64,000 nucleotides of DNA, taken from assembly GCA_016182485.1 (NCBI GenBank), contig JACPGH010000005.1:64305-128304 (forward strand), written 5' to 3'. The position numbers and the translations under genes are program-made. This DNA comes from Candidatus Kaiserbacteria bacterium (lineage in GTDB: Bacteria > Patescibacteriota > Minisyncoccia > Phycocordibacterales > Phycocordibacteraceae). Shown here piece after piece: positions 27,434 through 36,725 of the stretch. Numbering within the stretch: position 1 is the first letter of the stretch; each line of letters opens with the position of its first letter. The notes below the pieces were generated by a model, which was not told the DNA's origin, made no database searches, and saw only the letters and a list, made by a program, of their open reading frames with translations.

Positions 27434-27730
27434 CTAAGGGGTAAACCCGGCAGGAATTTGATTTTGCTCCGCGATCCGCTTGCCCCATGTGTAGAAGGCG
27501 CCGATGATGATCATGAGCATAATGACGATTATGGAGAGCACGGCGCCCCACGATTGCCGCTTGGATGAGGGTACGCCCGGTGCCAAATCTGATTTGGCAC
27601 CGGGCATTGCGGGCGTCGTGGTTTTCATGGGTGCAGAAACGGAAACTGGAGCTGAGGGAGCCTGAGGGAGCGCGTCTTCCGTCATCGAGACGCGCAACTC
27701 TTCTTCGGGTTTGAGGAGGAACGATGCCAT
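27434..27730 (-). CDS. small membrane protein
   Basis: WGAVLSIIVIMLMIIIGAFY helix. Confidence 0.65.
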   Translation of the reverse strand: MASFLLKPEEELRVSMTEDALPQAPSAPVSVSAPMKTTTPAMPGAKSDLAPGVPSSKRQSWGAVLSIIVIMLMIIIGAFYTWGKRIAEQNQIPAGFTP

Positions 27731-27790
27731 GGCATAAGTATAGCAAACCCCGCCTGTTCCTAAGAACAGGCGGGGTGCTTTTTTCAGAAA

Positions 27791-28309
27791 TTATTTGCCC
27801 GATTTCTCTTGATACATATTGTGCGCCCGGTCAAAAGCCGCTTCCGCTTTGCCGCCGAAGCCGGTCACTTCAACAACCTTGTTCTGAAGATTTTTGTACG
27901 TCTTGTAGAAATGCTCCACTTCTTTGAGCGTATGCTTATTGACGTCCTTTAGGTCCTGCACCTCCTTCCATCGAGGGTCATCAACCGGCACCCCGATAAC
28001 CTTATCGTCGGCATCGCCGCCGTCGATCATGTGCATGATGGCGACCGGTCGGACGCGCACCAAGATTCCCGGCGCAAGCGGATAAGTCGTAAGTACGATG
28101 ACGTCGAGCGCGTCGCCGTCATCCCACAATGTTTGCGGCACGAAGCCGTAATCGACGGGGAATTGCTGGGTAGTATAAGAAACTCGATCTAGCGCGATGA
28201 GGCCCGTTTTCTTGTCAATTTCGTACTTATTCATCGAGCCTTTCGGGATCTCGACGATAACGCTCATTTCTTCTTTCGTGCCCGGCTCAATATCGTGCAG
28301 TAAATTCAT
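27791..28309 (-). CDS. ppa: inorganic pyrophosphatase
   Basis: EIPKGSMNKYE, YGFVPQT, DGDALDV, DDKVI. Confidence 0.96.
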   Translation of the reverse strand: MNLLHDIEPGTKEEMSVIVEIPKGSMNKYEIDKKTGLIALDRVSYTTQQFPVDYGFVPQTLWDDGDALDVIVLTTYPLAPGILVRVRPVAIMHMIDGGDADDKVIGVPVDDPRWKEVQDLKDVNKHTLKEVEHFYKTYKNLQNKVVEVTGFGGKAEAAFDRAHNMYQEKSGK

Positions 28310-28479
28310 ATGAAAATAAAATAGCAGACTGAGGCGCTAGGCGCTACTCGCCTCGCTGAAGTCCGGCGAAGCGGGAGCTTTAGCAGTAATGCAAATCCTC
28401 AATCAACCAACGAGACCCTCGCGGGCTGAACAGAGGAGCAAACGCACGGAACCATCCGGCGTTTGTCCAACCGATTAAC

Positions 28480-29155
28480 CAAAGAACAAAAAGAACTGCT
28501 TGCCCGTCGCGCGAAGCGCGAGCAGGGCTGGAGCCCATTTACGGCTGGGCTCCCCGCACCGGTGTCGCCGCTTAACGGCAGGCGACACGTGCCGTCCACT
28601 TGATTTCTATTTCGTCAGCCGGCAAGTGAATAAACCCGGCTCCTGACTCCCCGCGGATAAGCGGGAAGATACCCTTAGCCCGGCCTGCCCTGAACTTGTC
28701 GAAGGGCAAAGGGCGTCGGGGTATGTCGCCGTCGCATGCGCTTCGTCCCTAGCGTGTTCGCGCTATAGGCGGGACGTCGCCGCACGCGCGGGCGGATGTG
28801 CACTGCAACGGGCTCGCTTAGAGCCCGCTCCACGGATTTTTCATCCGTGCACCTCCTTTCTCGCCGATTTAACCCTCGGGCGCGGGGTTCGCCGCGACGC
28901 GAACTACTTCTTCGCGCGCCTTCAGGGAATCGCTCACCCTTCTTCGCTTTTGAGCTACGAAGGGCGCAGTGCGATCCCTCGTACCGTACCGATCCATACA
29001 ACAAGTAAAGAGGTTTAACCTCTTTACTTCGTCGCGGATGCAGTCCGGCAACGAGGAACAACATTGCAGTAGCCGCTCCGCCCGCTGGCGGACGCGACGA
29101 TTGTTCTGCCTTGTCCCTGGCTACCTATGGGTTCTGTCAGAGAACCACTGGCTTG
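28480..29155 (-). ncRNA. candidate large structured non-coding RNA
   Basis: no credible CDS in ~1 kb, upstream promoter, many hairpins, U-rich tract at 28478-28496. Confidence 0.5.
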
Positions 29156-29160
29156 CTAAC

Positions 29161-29189
29161 ACCCTAGCATACTCTGTCTACTTTGTCAA
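29161..29189 (-). promoter_or_regulatory. sigma70-type promoter
   Basis: minus strand TTGACA-N17-TAGGGT with extended TG. Confidence 0.65.
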
Positions 29190-29301
29190 GTAGTTTTTGA
29201 GACCGCAACATGCGCTACTTGAGATAAGCAGCAAATAAGCCAAATTATCGGGCAGGCAGCAGGAGCTAGATTCTAGCAGTCACCTAGCGCCTAGAGCCTA
29301 G

Positions 29302-30711
29302 TTAATCGTCCTTCGCTTTGTCGCGGTCTTCTTCTTTGTCGGCGACGGTCTCGTCGCTCGCGGGAAGCTCGGTCAGTTCTTCTTCGGCAGGCAGGGCGGT
29401 TATCTCGGACGAGTCGTCAGTGATTATTTCAGAGGCTTCAGTAGGCATCGCGCCCATTGCTACAGCGGGCTCTTCGCCGGTACTTCCTGCGTCAGTACTT
29501 CCTGTGTCAGCATCTTCGACACCTTCGGTACTTACGGCACTTCCTGCGTCAGCACTGACAGCTTCGCCGCCGCCAGCCGAAACGATATCGATGTTCCAGC
29601 CGGTCAGCTTCGCGGCCAGCCGCACATTCTGCCCGCCGCGGCCGATGGCGGGCGACTGCTCGTCTTCGGTGACCGTAACCTTTGCGCGGTGGTCGGCCTC
29701 GTCTAGCGCGACCTCGAGCGGCTTGGCGGGGGAGAGCGCTTGCCGCACGAATTCGCGCGCGTCGGAATTCCACTCGATGATGTCGATGCGCTCGCCGCCA
29801 AGCTCGCTCATGACTATCGAGACGCGCACGCCGCGCTGGCCGACGAGCGACCCGACCGGGTCGACGTGCGTATCGAGCGAGACGAGGGCGATCTTCGTGC
29901 GGCTGCCAGGCTCGCGCGCGATAGCTTTCACTTCGATCGCGCCCGAAGCCAATTCCGGCGCTTCAAGTTCGAAAAGTTTAATGACAAATTTCGGATGCGC
30001 GCGCGAGAGCCGCAGATAGACGCCGCGGAAACCTTCGTCCACCGAGTACAAATAAGCACGGATGCGCTCGCCGATACGGTAGCGCTCGCCCGGGATCTGT
30101 TCTTCATAGGGGATAATACCGGTCGTGCGCCCGAGATCCACGAAAATCGCCCCGCGCTCCATGCGTTGGACGATCCCGGATACGATCTGACCCTTCTTCT
30201 CGCTGAATTCTTCCATCATTGATAGCTTTTCAGCCTCGCGGACTTTCTGGATGACGACCTGCTTGGCCGTCTGCGCCGCAATGCGGCCGAAATCGTCCTG
30301 CGGCTCTAGCGGGAAGATGATCTCTTCGCCCACTTGCGCGCCGCGCTTGATGAGCCGCGCGTCGGCGAGCAGGATGTGCTTCTCGGGGTCGAAGCGCGGC
30401 AATTCGCCCTCCTGCAGTTCTTCCTCATGCTCGTAACGGCTGGCTTCGAGTTTCTGGTTTCTGGTTTCTGGTTCACCGGCTTCCGAAGCAAATCGCACGG
30501 TCGTTTCGTCGACGACGGTCTTCACCTGCTCGAAGGCGATAGTGCCCGTGTTGAGATCGAGCTTGGCGCGCACTACCTGCCCGCGCTTGCCGTATTCGCG
30601 CTTATAGGCAGTCGCCATCGCCGCCTCGATAGCTTCTATCATCGTTTCTTTGCTGATGCCCCGGTCCTCGAACTCGCCGAGTACTGCGTGGATTGTTTTT
30701 AGGTCAATCAT
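29302..30711 (-). CDS. nusA: transcription factor NusA
   Basis: [40 protein letters not shown]; acidic tail. Confidence 0.97.
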   Translation of the reverse strand: MIDLKTIHAVLGEFEDRGISKETMIEAIEAAMATAYKREYGKRGQVVRAKLDLNTGTIAFEQVKTVVDETTVRFASEAGEPETRNQKLEASRYEHEEELQEGELPRFDPEKHILLADARLIKRGAQVGEEIIFPLEPQDDFGRIAAQTAKQVVIQKVREAEKLSMMEEFSEKKGQIVSGIVQRMERGAIFVDLGRTTGIIPYEEQIPGERYRIGERIRAYLYSVDEGFRGVYLRLSRAHPKFVIKLFELEAPELASGAIEVKAIAREPGSRTKIALVSLDTHVDPVGSLVGQRGVRVSIVMSELGGERIDIIEWNSDAREFVRQALSPAKPLEVALDEADHRAKVTVTEDEQSPAIGRGGQNVRLAAKLTGWNIDIVSAGGGEAVSADAGSAVSTEGVEDADTGSTDAGSTGEEPAVAMGAMPTEASEIITDDSSEITALPAEEELTELPASDETVADKEEDRDKAKDD

Positions 30712-30823
30712 GGTCGCTATGGATTATGTATGTACTTACAGCACTAAATCTCTTTGATAACGAAAGCCCCGCCGGGGCTTTCAGATGCGCCAATGCTACC
30801 AAAAGCGCTCTGTCCGCGCAACT

Positions 30824-31083
30824 TCATTCGAATAGCTGCGCATGTGACCCTGTATCTACAAACACAATGATGCGTCCGCCGCGTATCTCATACATCAGCA
30901 ATAAATCGTCTTTAATATGGCATTCGCGATAGCCAGCAAATTCACCCGAAAGAGCATGGTCTCGATACTTTTCCGGCAGAATCTTACCGGAACACAGGTA
31001 TTCTGTTACCAACTTAAAGTCATATGCGAGGTTGGAGGTAAGCCTTCCAGATTTTTTCAGTTTCCGGAATGAGCGGTTGAAAA
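30824..31083 (-). pseudogene. YafQ-family toxin lacking its N-terminus
   Basis: frame reads FNRSFRKLKK...YRDHALSG...RECHIKDDLLLMY...TGSHAQLF with no start codon at the expected place. Confidence 0.7.
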
Positions 31084-31338
31084 TATGCCGAGATCCTTGA
31101 AAAGTTCTTTGGTGCTGGTGTACTTCTTACCGTTCTTGATAGCATCGGCGACCTCGCGGTCCCATTTTGCCCGCAATGCGGCAGGATTCTTGGTGGGCAT
31201 AAAGGGCAGGCCTTGCTCCGTCACCACCTGATTCAAGAAAAGCTTCACGCCACTAGATAAGTCCAGCCCAACTCCTTCGAGCGCCTTCTTGGCGGCCTTC
31301 TTGGTTTTTTCTTCAATTCTGACATTCAACGTAGTCAT
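31057..31338 (-). CDS. RelB/DinJ-family antitoxin
   Basis: TLNVRIEEKTK...GLDLSSGVKLFLNQVVTEQGLPF. Confidence 0.9.
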   Translation of the reverse strand: MTTLNVRIEEKTKKAAKKALEGVGLDLSSGVKLFLNQVVTEQGLPFMPTKNPAALRAKWDREVADAIKNGKKYTSTKELFKDLGIFSTAHSGN

Positions 31339-31440
31339 GCGCCTATGATATACAATGTGCGCTCATCGTCAATACACACTGAAACGCGACGCTACTTTGA
31401 GCGTCCACGCGATCGTGCGGACATGCACCAGGCTGCCACA

Positions 31441-31464
31441 GTGATGGACACGTCGTGTCCATCA
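31441..31464. repeat. GTGATGGACACG palindrome
   Basis: gtgatggacacgtcgtgtccatca, related to 4756 and 5245. Confidence 0.75.
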
Positions 31465-31482
31465 AACCCACCTCCATTAAAG

Positions 31483-32080
31483 CTAGTCTGCTTTATATTG
31501 GGTTTCTTTGGCGGAGTCCCAGAGCATTTTAAAGAGTTGGCGCTGGTTACGCGCAAGTACGGGATCATAGATTTCTACTAAATAGTGCGGCTTCTCGCGC
31601 GTGCGGACCATCAGAATATAGTCTCCCGCAACCCAGAGAGAAGAATCGAATTCATTTCCCGGCGGGAGCGGCCGCACGCGGCGTTCCCCGTGTCTTTTCT
31701 CCATTTCTCCTTCGATATCTGCGCGATTCGAGAAAAAACGGACTTTTACAGAGGGATCGAACTTCCAACTGGATTCGATAAATTCCTCATATTGCTCGGT
31801 AAAGGAGTGGTCCTGATAACCCCACCAGGTATTGTCGTATCGCTTGCCATTTTTCATCCACGTCTCCATCTGTTTATGCAAGTAGTCGCTTAAATCGCGC
31901 TCTTGAACGAATTTGATCTTTGGGATCGAATAGTTCTGGCTCATCGCCATCTCAGAGAGCTCCGCCGAGAGGGAAGCGGCTAACCGCATCTTATCCCGAA
32001 TCTCCCGCTCTTCCTGCTCAACCGCTCTCATAATGGCATCCGGCCCTTCTGACGCTAAATAAGTGATCTTGCCGCTCAGA
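31483..32080 (-). pseudogene. TrmB-like regulator missing the N-terminal HTH
   Basis: TrmB-like from LSGKITY to QLFKMLW; upstream in-frame sequence is unrelated. Confidence 0.7.
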
Positions 32081-32160
32081 GGACTGGGAAATTCGCCGAG
32101 AGCGGCCTTGGACCCGCACAAAATCATGAACGGAGGAGGGTAGCGTGGAGTTAGTGATAA

Positions 32161-32538
32161 AACTGGTTCGAGAGGTTCGAGTGTAACCCGTACGCATCCA
32201 CTATCAGTGAGCCAGCAGGCTACCGCTTTTTCACCGTGTATCTGTACTTGAGAGACGAACAGGCGAGAGTCAGGACTAGGAGGGCTGACCATAGGGGCAC
32301 AGAAGGCGTACACAGGAGCATCATCGAAGACAGGCTGGCTACAAGAGACGAGCTGCAGGAGGCTTGCTACCGAGCTCATGACAAGTTGGATAGGTTGCTC
32401 AAAATTGAGCAGTACTATCTGCACACTGCTGGTTGGGAACCGGCAGTCGTAAAAGAGGCGGTACAGCCCATAAGAGAAGAGATCGAGAAGTTGCGCCCGC
32501 TCGCTTCAAAGCTGAAGGCGCTCGCTACAGCGCTGTAA
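32161..32538 (+). other. open frame of unknown origin, possibly a gene fragment
   Basis: open from 32161 after TAG TGA TAA; helical C-terminus; only a GTG start at 32236. Confidence 0.35.
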
Positions 32539-32620
32539 GACAGACAGGCCAAGAGCCTGACTTGCGTAAACGTGCGGAAAACGCGCCGGAGCGAAGCTCC
32601 GGCGCGTTATACTTTTGACA

Positions 32621-34381
32621 ATGCAAGTATCCGAAGCCGAGCTCAAGGAGTTTATTCTCGACTCGGGGCTCGTGCCTAAAAAAGAAATTGACGCCGCCGC
32701 CGAAGAGGCGGCGAAGCGCGAGCAATCGCTCGGCGATATCCTCGTCTCCCGCGGCTCGCTTTCTGAAGACGCCCTGCGGCGCATCCAGGCGTACGTGCTC
32801 GGCATCCCGTTCGTGAACCTGAAGGACCATCGCGTGCCCGTAGAAGTGCTCGCGCTCATTCCCGAGCCCATCGCGCGCACGCATAACATCATCGCGTACA
32901 AGAAAGACGAGACCGCCCAGTCTCTTGAGGTCGCCATGCTCGACGTTGCCGATCTCGCCGCGATCGACTCGGTCCGCAAGAAGACCGGCCTTAAGATATT
33001 GCCGAGGCTCACCGACACCGAGAGCATCAAGGCCGCGCTCTTGCAGTATCAGAAATCGCTCAAGGACGAGTTCGGCGACATCATCTCGGCCGAAGCGGGA
33101 AAAATCCGCCATATCACGGAAGGCGGAAAGGATCTTTCGGGCGACGACTTGAAAAAGATGGCGGAGGATCTGCCTATCGTGCGCATCGTGGATACGCTCC
33201 TGCGGCACGCGATAGTCCAGGACGCTTCCGACATCCATATAGAACCGATGGAAACCGAGGTATTGGTCCGTTACCGCATCGACGGCATCCTGCACGATGC
33301 CATGACCCTGCCGAAGATCGCCGCCGCCGGCATCGTCGCGCGCATCAAAGTGCTCTCCAATCTGAAGCTCGACGAGAAGCGGCTGCCGCAGGACGGCCGC
33401 TTCAAAATGGAGACCGAATCGGACCGCGTTTCCTTCCGCGTCTCGATCCTCCCGACCTTCTTCGGCGAGAAGACGGTGATGCGTCTGTTGCGCGAGACTG
33501 GCGAAGGCTTCACGCTCGAGATGCTCGGGCTCCACGGCGAGACGCTCGAGAAGATCCATCAGGCGCTCAAGCAGACGACCGGCATCATCCTAATCTCCGG
33601 CCCGACCGGTTCCGGTAAGACGACGACCCTATATACGATGCTCGACATCCTGAACCAGCCGGGAGTCAACATCTCGACCATCGAGGATCCGATCGAGTAT
33701 CAGATGAAGCGCGTGAACCAGTCGCAAGTGAGCCCCCAGATCGGCTTTACCTTCGCGAACGGCCTGCGCTCTCTCGTGCGTCAGGACCCGGACATAATAA
33801 TGGTCGGCGAGATCCGCGACGGCGAGACGGCCTCGCTCGCCATCAACGCCGCGCTTACGGGCCACCTCGTGCTTTCTACGATCCACACTAACAGCGCCTC
33901 TGGCGCAATTCCGCGGCTCATCGATATGGGAGTGGAGCCGTTCCTTCTCGTTTCCACTATCCGCGTGATCGTCGGCCAGCGCCTCGTGCGCCGGCTCTGC
34001 GAAACCAAGGAGACCTACGCGATGGACGCGGCGATGCGCGCTAAGATCGCGCGCGAAGAAGAATTCGCGAGCGCGTTCCGGGCTCTGACCGAAGAGAAGC
34101 TCGTGAAAGCGGGGGCAACGCTTGACTCGCTTCAGTTCTACCGCCCGACAGCAAGCCCTGACTGCGCAGACGGGTATAAGAGCCGCATCGGGATCCATGA
34201 GGTGCTCGCCGTCTCGCCCGCGATCCGCGACATCATCCTGCACTCCGGCACCTCCGACGCGCTCGAGGCGCAGGCGAAGAAGGAAGGCATGCTGACGATG
34301 ATCGAGGACGGCCTCTACAAAGCCGCGCGCGGCATCACTTCGATCGAGGAAGTGCTGCGCACCGTAACCGAACAAACATGA
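32621..34381 (+). CDS. pilB: type IV pilus assembly ATPase (PilB/GspE)
   Basis: ASDIHIEP, RLPQDGR, GPTGSGKTT, EDPIEY, RQDPDIIMVGEIRD. Confidence 0.95.
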   Translation: MQVSEAELKEFILDSGLVPKKEIDAAAEEAAKREQSLGDILVSRGSLSEDALRRIQAYVLGIPFVNLKDHRVPVEVLALIPEPIARTHNIIAYKKDETAQSLEVAMLDVADLAAIDSVRKKTGLKILPRLTDTESIKAALLQYQKSLKDEFGDIISAEAGKIRHITEGGKDLSGDDLKKMAEDLPIVRIVDTLLRHAIVQDASDIHIEPMETEVLVRYRIDGILHDAMTLPKIAAAGIVARIKVLSNLKLDEKRLPQDGRFKMETESDRVSFRVSILPTFFGEKTVMRLLRETGEGFTLEMLGLHGETLEKIHQALKQTTGIILISGPTGSGKTTTLYTMLDILNQPGVNISTIEDPIEYQMKRVNQSQVSPQIGFTFANGLRSLVRQDPDIIMVGEIRDGETASLAINAALTGHLVLSTIHTNSASGAIPRLIDMGVEPFLLVSTIRVIVGQRLVRRLCETKETYAMDAAMRAKIAREEEFASAFRALTEEKLVKAGATLDSLQFYRPTASPDCADGYKSRIGIHEVLAVSPAIRDIILHSGTSDALEAQAKKEGMLTMIEDGLYKAARGITSIEEVLRTVTEQT

Positions 34382-34501
34382 TCCCGTTAGAAATCGCGGA
34401 CGCCATTTTATGAAACGCTATACTATAATTGTCGTATGACTAGTTTCTTTAGCAAAAAATGCGGAGTTGAGAGATGGTCCGCGTCCTATTTCTAACGGGA
34501 T
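34381..34501. mobile_element. 121-bp MITE-like element with 14-bp terminal inverted repeats
   Basis: atcccgttagaaat / atttctaacgggat; fills the pilB-pilC gap. Confidence 0.6.
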
Positions 34502-35717
34502 GAAATTCCGCATCACAGTACGAAAAGAAGGCGTTCCCGATGAAGTGCGCGCCGTCGAGGCGGCCTCCCGCTTTGAGGTGTACGATCACGTGAGGAGCGA
34601 GGGCGGTTTCGTCGTCTCTATCTCGCCGCGCTATAGCTGGTCCTGGAGAGAACTTTCCCGCTTCAATTTTACGATCGGCACGGGCATACGGCGCATCGAG
34701 GTCGTGCGTACCGCCAAGAATCTGGCGGCTATGCTTTCGGCCGGCCTTTCCATCTCGCGCGCGCTCAGCGTCATCGAGCGGCAATCGGGCAATAAGCGGC
34801 TGAAGGCAGTCGCCGAAGGCCTGGCGGAATCAGTAAAAAAGGGTTCTTCATTCCATGAAGCGCTGGCCGGATACCCGCGCGTGTTCTCGCCGCTTTTCAT
34901 TGCGATGGCCCGGGCAGGCGAAGAGTCGGGGACCTTGGCCGATTCGCTCAAGGTCATCGCGCTTCAAATGGAGCATTCCGAGGAGCTCGTGAAGAAGATA
35001 AAAGGAGCGATGATTTATCCGATAATCGTCATATCTGCGGTTATCACCGTCGGCATCCTGATGCTCATCTACGTAGTGCCGACTCTCACAAACACGTTCA
35101 CTTCGCTCGGGGTCGAGGTGCCGCTCGCGACCCGCGTTATTATCGCGTTGTCGAATTTCCTCGTCGGGAATCTCGCCCTCGCGCTTTTTGCGCTCGCAGC
35201 CCTTATTACGGGACTTATCGCGTTCCTGAGATCGAAGCCGGGAAGAACGACCGTGCTCGCCGTAGCGCTCCATCTGCCAGTCATCAAGGACCTCGTACGC
35301 GAAACGTACACGGCGCGCGCGGCCCGGACGCTCTCTTCGCTACTGTCCGCCGGCGTTCCGGTGCTCGAGGCTTTATCCATAACGAAGGAGGTGGTGCATG
35401 CCTCCGCGTTCGCCCGCGTCGTTGAGCTCGCCGAAGAGCACGTGCGGAAAGGGGAACCGCTCTCCGCTTCTTTCAGCCAGCATACGAAGCTCTATCCCAT
35501 TCTCATGAGCGATATGCTCGCCGTAGGCGAAGAGACTGGGAAGGTAGCCGAGATGCTGAAGCAGATCGCCGAATTCTACGAAGAAGACGTCGCGGGAAAA
35601 ACAAAGGACCTCTCGGCGATCATCGAGCCGCTCCTCATGCTCTTTATCGGCGCGTTCGTCGGCATCTTCGCCGTCTCGATGATCGCGCCGATCTACCAGA
35701 TCTCATCGGCGATATAA
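34500..35717 (+). CDS. pilC: type IV pilus platform protein (PilC/GspF)
   Basis: AGEESGTL, GAMIYP, VGEETG, IIEPLLM. Confidence 0.93.
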   Translation: MKFRITVRKEGVPDEVRAVEAASRFEVYDHVRSEGGFVVSISPRYSWSWRELSRFNFTIGTGIRRIEVVRTAKNLAAMLSAGLSISRALSVIERQSGNKRLKAVAEGLAESVKKGSSFHEALAGYPRVFSPLFIAMARAGEESGTLADSLKVIALQMEHSEELVKKIKGAMIYPIIVISAVITVGILMLIYVVPTLTNTFTSLGVEVPLATRVIIALSNFLVGNLALALFALAALITGLIAFLRSKPGRTTVLAVALHLPVIKDLVRETYTARAARTLSSLLSAGVPVLEALSITKEVVHASAFARVVELAEEHVRKGEPLSASFSQHTKLYPILMSDMLAVGEETGKVAEMLKQIAEFYEEDVAGKTKDLSAIIEPLLMLFIGAFVGIFAVSMIAPIYQISSAI

Positions 35718-35721
35718 AGAT

Positions 35722-36099
35722 ATGCGCTCGAAGGGATTCACACTGATTGAAGTCACGGTCGCGGTAGCGATTATCGCCATCGTCATCACGGGAGTGAGCG
35801 CTGTGCTCGCGCGCCTGCCGATGAACGCCAGGCAGGCGCGCGACCAGAGCCTCGCCCTTACGATGGCCCGAACGCAAATCGAGCGGCTGCGCGGAGCCGG
35901 ATACGGCGCGCTCCCGGCAAGCGGACCGTTCACCGATCCGCTGCTTGCCTCGCTCCCAGGAGCGGCGGCCTCGACGGCCGTGAGTTCGTACAGCGCGCGG
36001 ACCAAGCAGGCGAGCGTGTCCGTGTCGTGGCTCGAGGCGGGGCAGATTGCAGCGGTCGTGCTTACGACCCTCGTCACTCAGGATGCCGGACTGCCATGA
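35722..36099 (+). CDS. type IV minor pilin
   Basis: KG|FTLIE prepilin cleavage motif. Confidence 0.88.
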   Translation: MRSKGFTLIEVTVAVAIIAIVITGVSAVLARLPMNARQARDQSLALTMARTQIERLRGAGYGALPASGPFTDPLLASLPGAAASTAVSSYSARTKQASVSVSWLEAGQIAAVVLTTLVTQDAGLP

Positions 36100-36725
36100 C
36101 GCTGGAAACTAGAGACTTGATACTGGATGCTGGCAAGACGGAGGGAACAACCAGAAACCAGCACCGAGCGGCCAGCCGCCAGGGGTTTACGCTCGTGGAA
36201 ACGAGCATCGTCATTGCGCTCACGGTATTCGAGCTCGCCGCGCTCACGAATCTCTACATCCTTTTCAATTCGACGTACGGGTATGAGGAGGCTTCGATCG
36301 CCACTGCCGGCAGCTCGAGCGCGGCAATGAGCGCCTTCGGCGAAGCCGTCTTGCCCGCCCGACGAATACTCTCTTCCCGCGATTTTACCGGCACGGTCTA
36401 CGAATCTGCTGCCGCGACTCTTGTGCTTGAGGTGCCGGCAGTCGACAGCGCCGGCGGTCTCATTCCAGACACGTACGACCACATCGCGTTCTATACCTCC
36501 GGAAACTCGCTCTACCGACTCACTGAGTCGGCGCCCGGCAGTATCCGCCGCTCTGGTCTTACTCTGCTTTCCTCGACTCTCGCGTCGCTCTCATTCGCAT
36601 ATGACAATCCTGCCGTTGAGAGCTCGACGAGCGTCGCGGCGGACCTCTCGACACGAGCGCAATTCAAACAGCAGGCAGTCGAGAGCCGTCTCTCTGGCAT
36701 TTGGTACTTGCGCAATTTGCCATGA
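36096..36725 (+). CDS. type IV minor pilin (PilW-like)
   Basis: QG|FTLVE motif after a repeat-derived leader. Confidence 0.82.
   Translation: MTLETRDLILDAGKTEGTTRNQHRAASRQGFTLVETSIVIALTVFELAALTNLYILFNSTYGYEEASIATAGSSSAAMSAFGEAVLPARRILSSRDFTGTVYESAAATLVLEVPAVDSAGGLIPDTYDHIAFYTSGNSLYRLTESAPGSIRRSGLTLLSSTLASLSFAYDNPAVESSTSVAADLSTRAQFKQQAVESRLSGIWYLRNLP

Noticed and set aside
28380-29160. RNase P RNA, tmRNA or group II intron; also ORFs 28399-28599 and 28675-29064
   Set aside because: No GAGGAAAGUCC, tRNA-like ends or domain V found; the ORFs translate through repeats and look spurious
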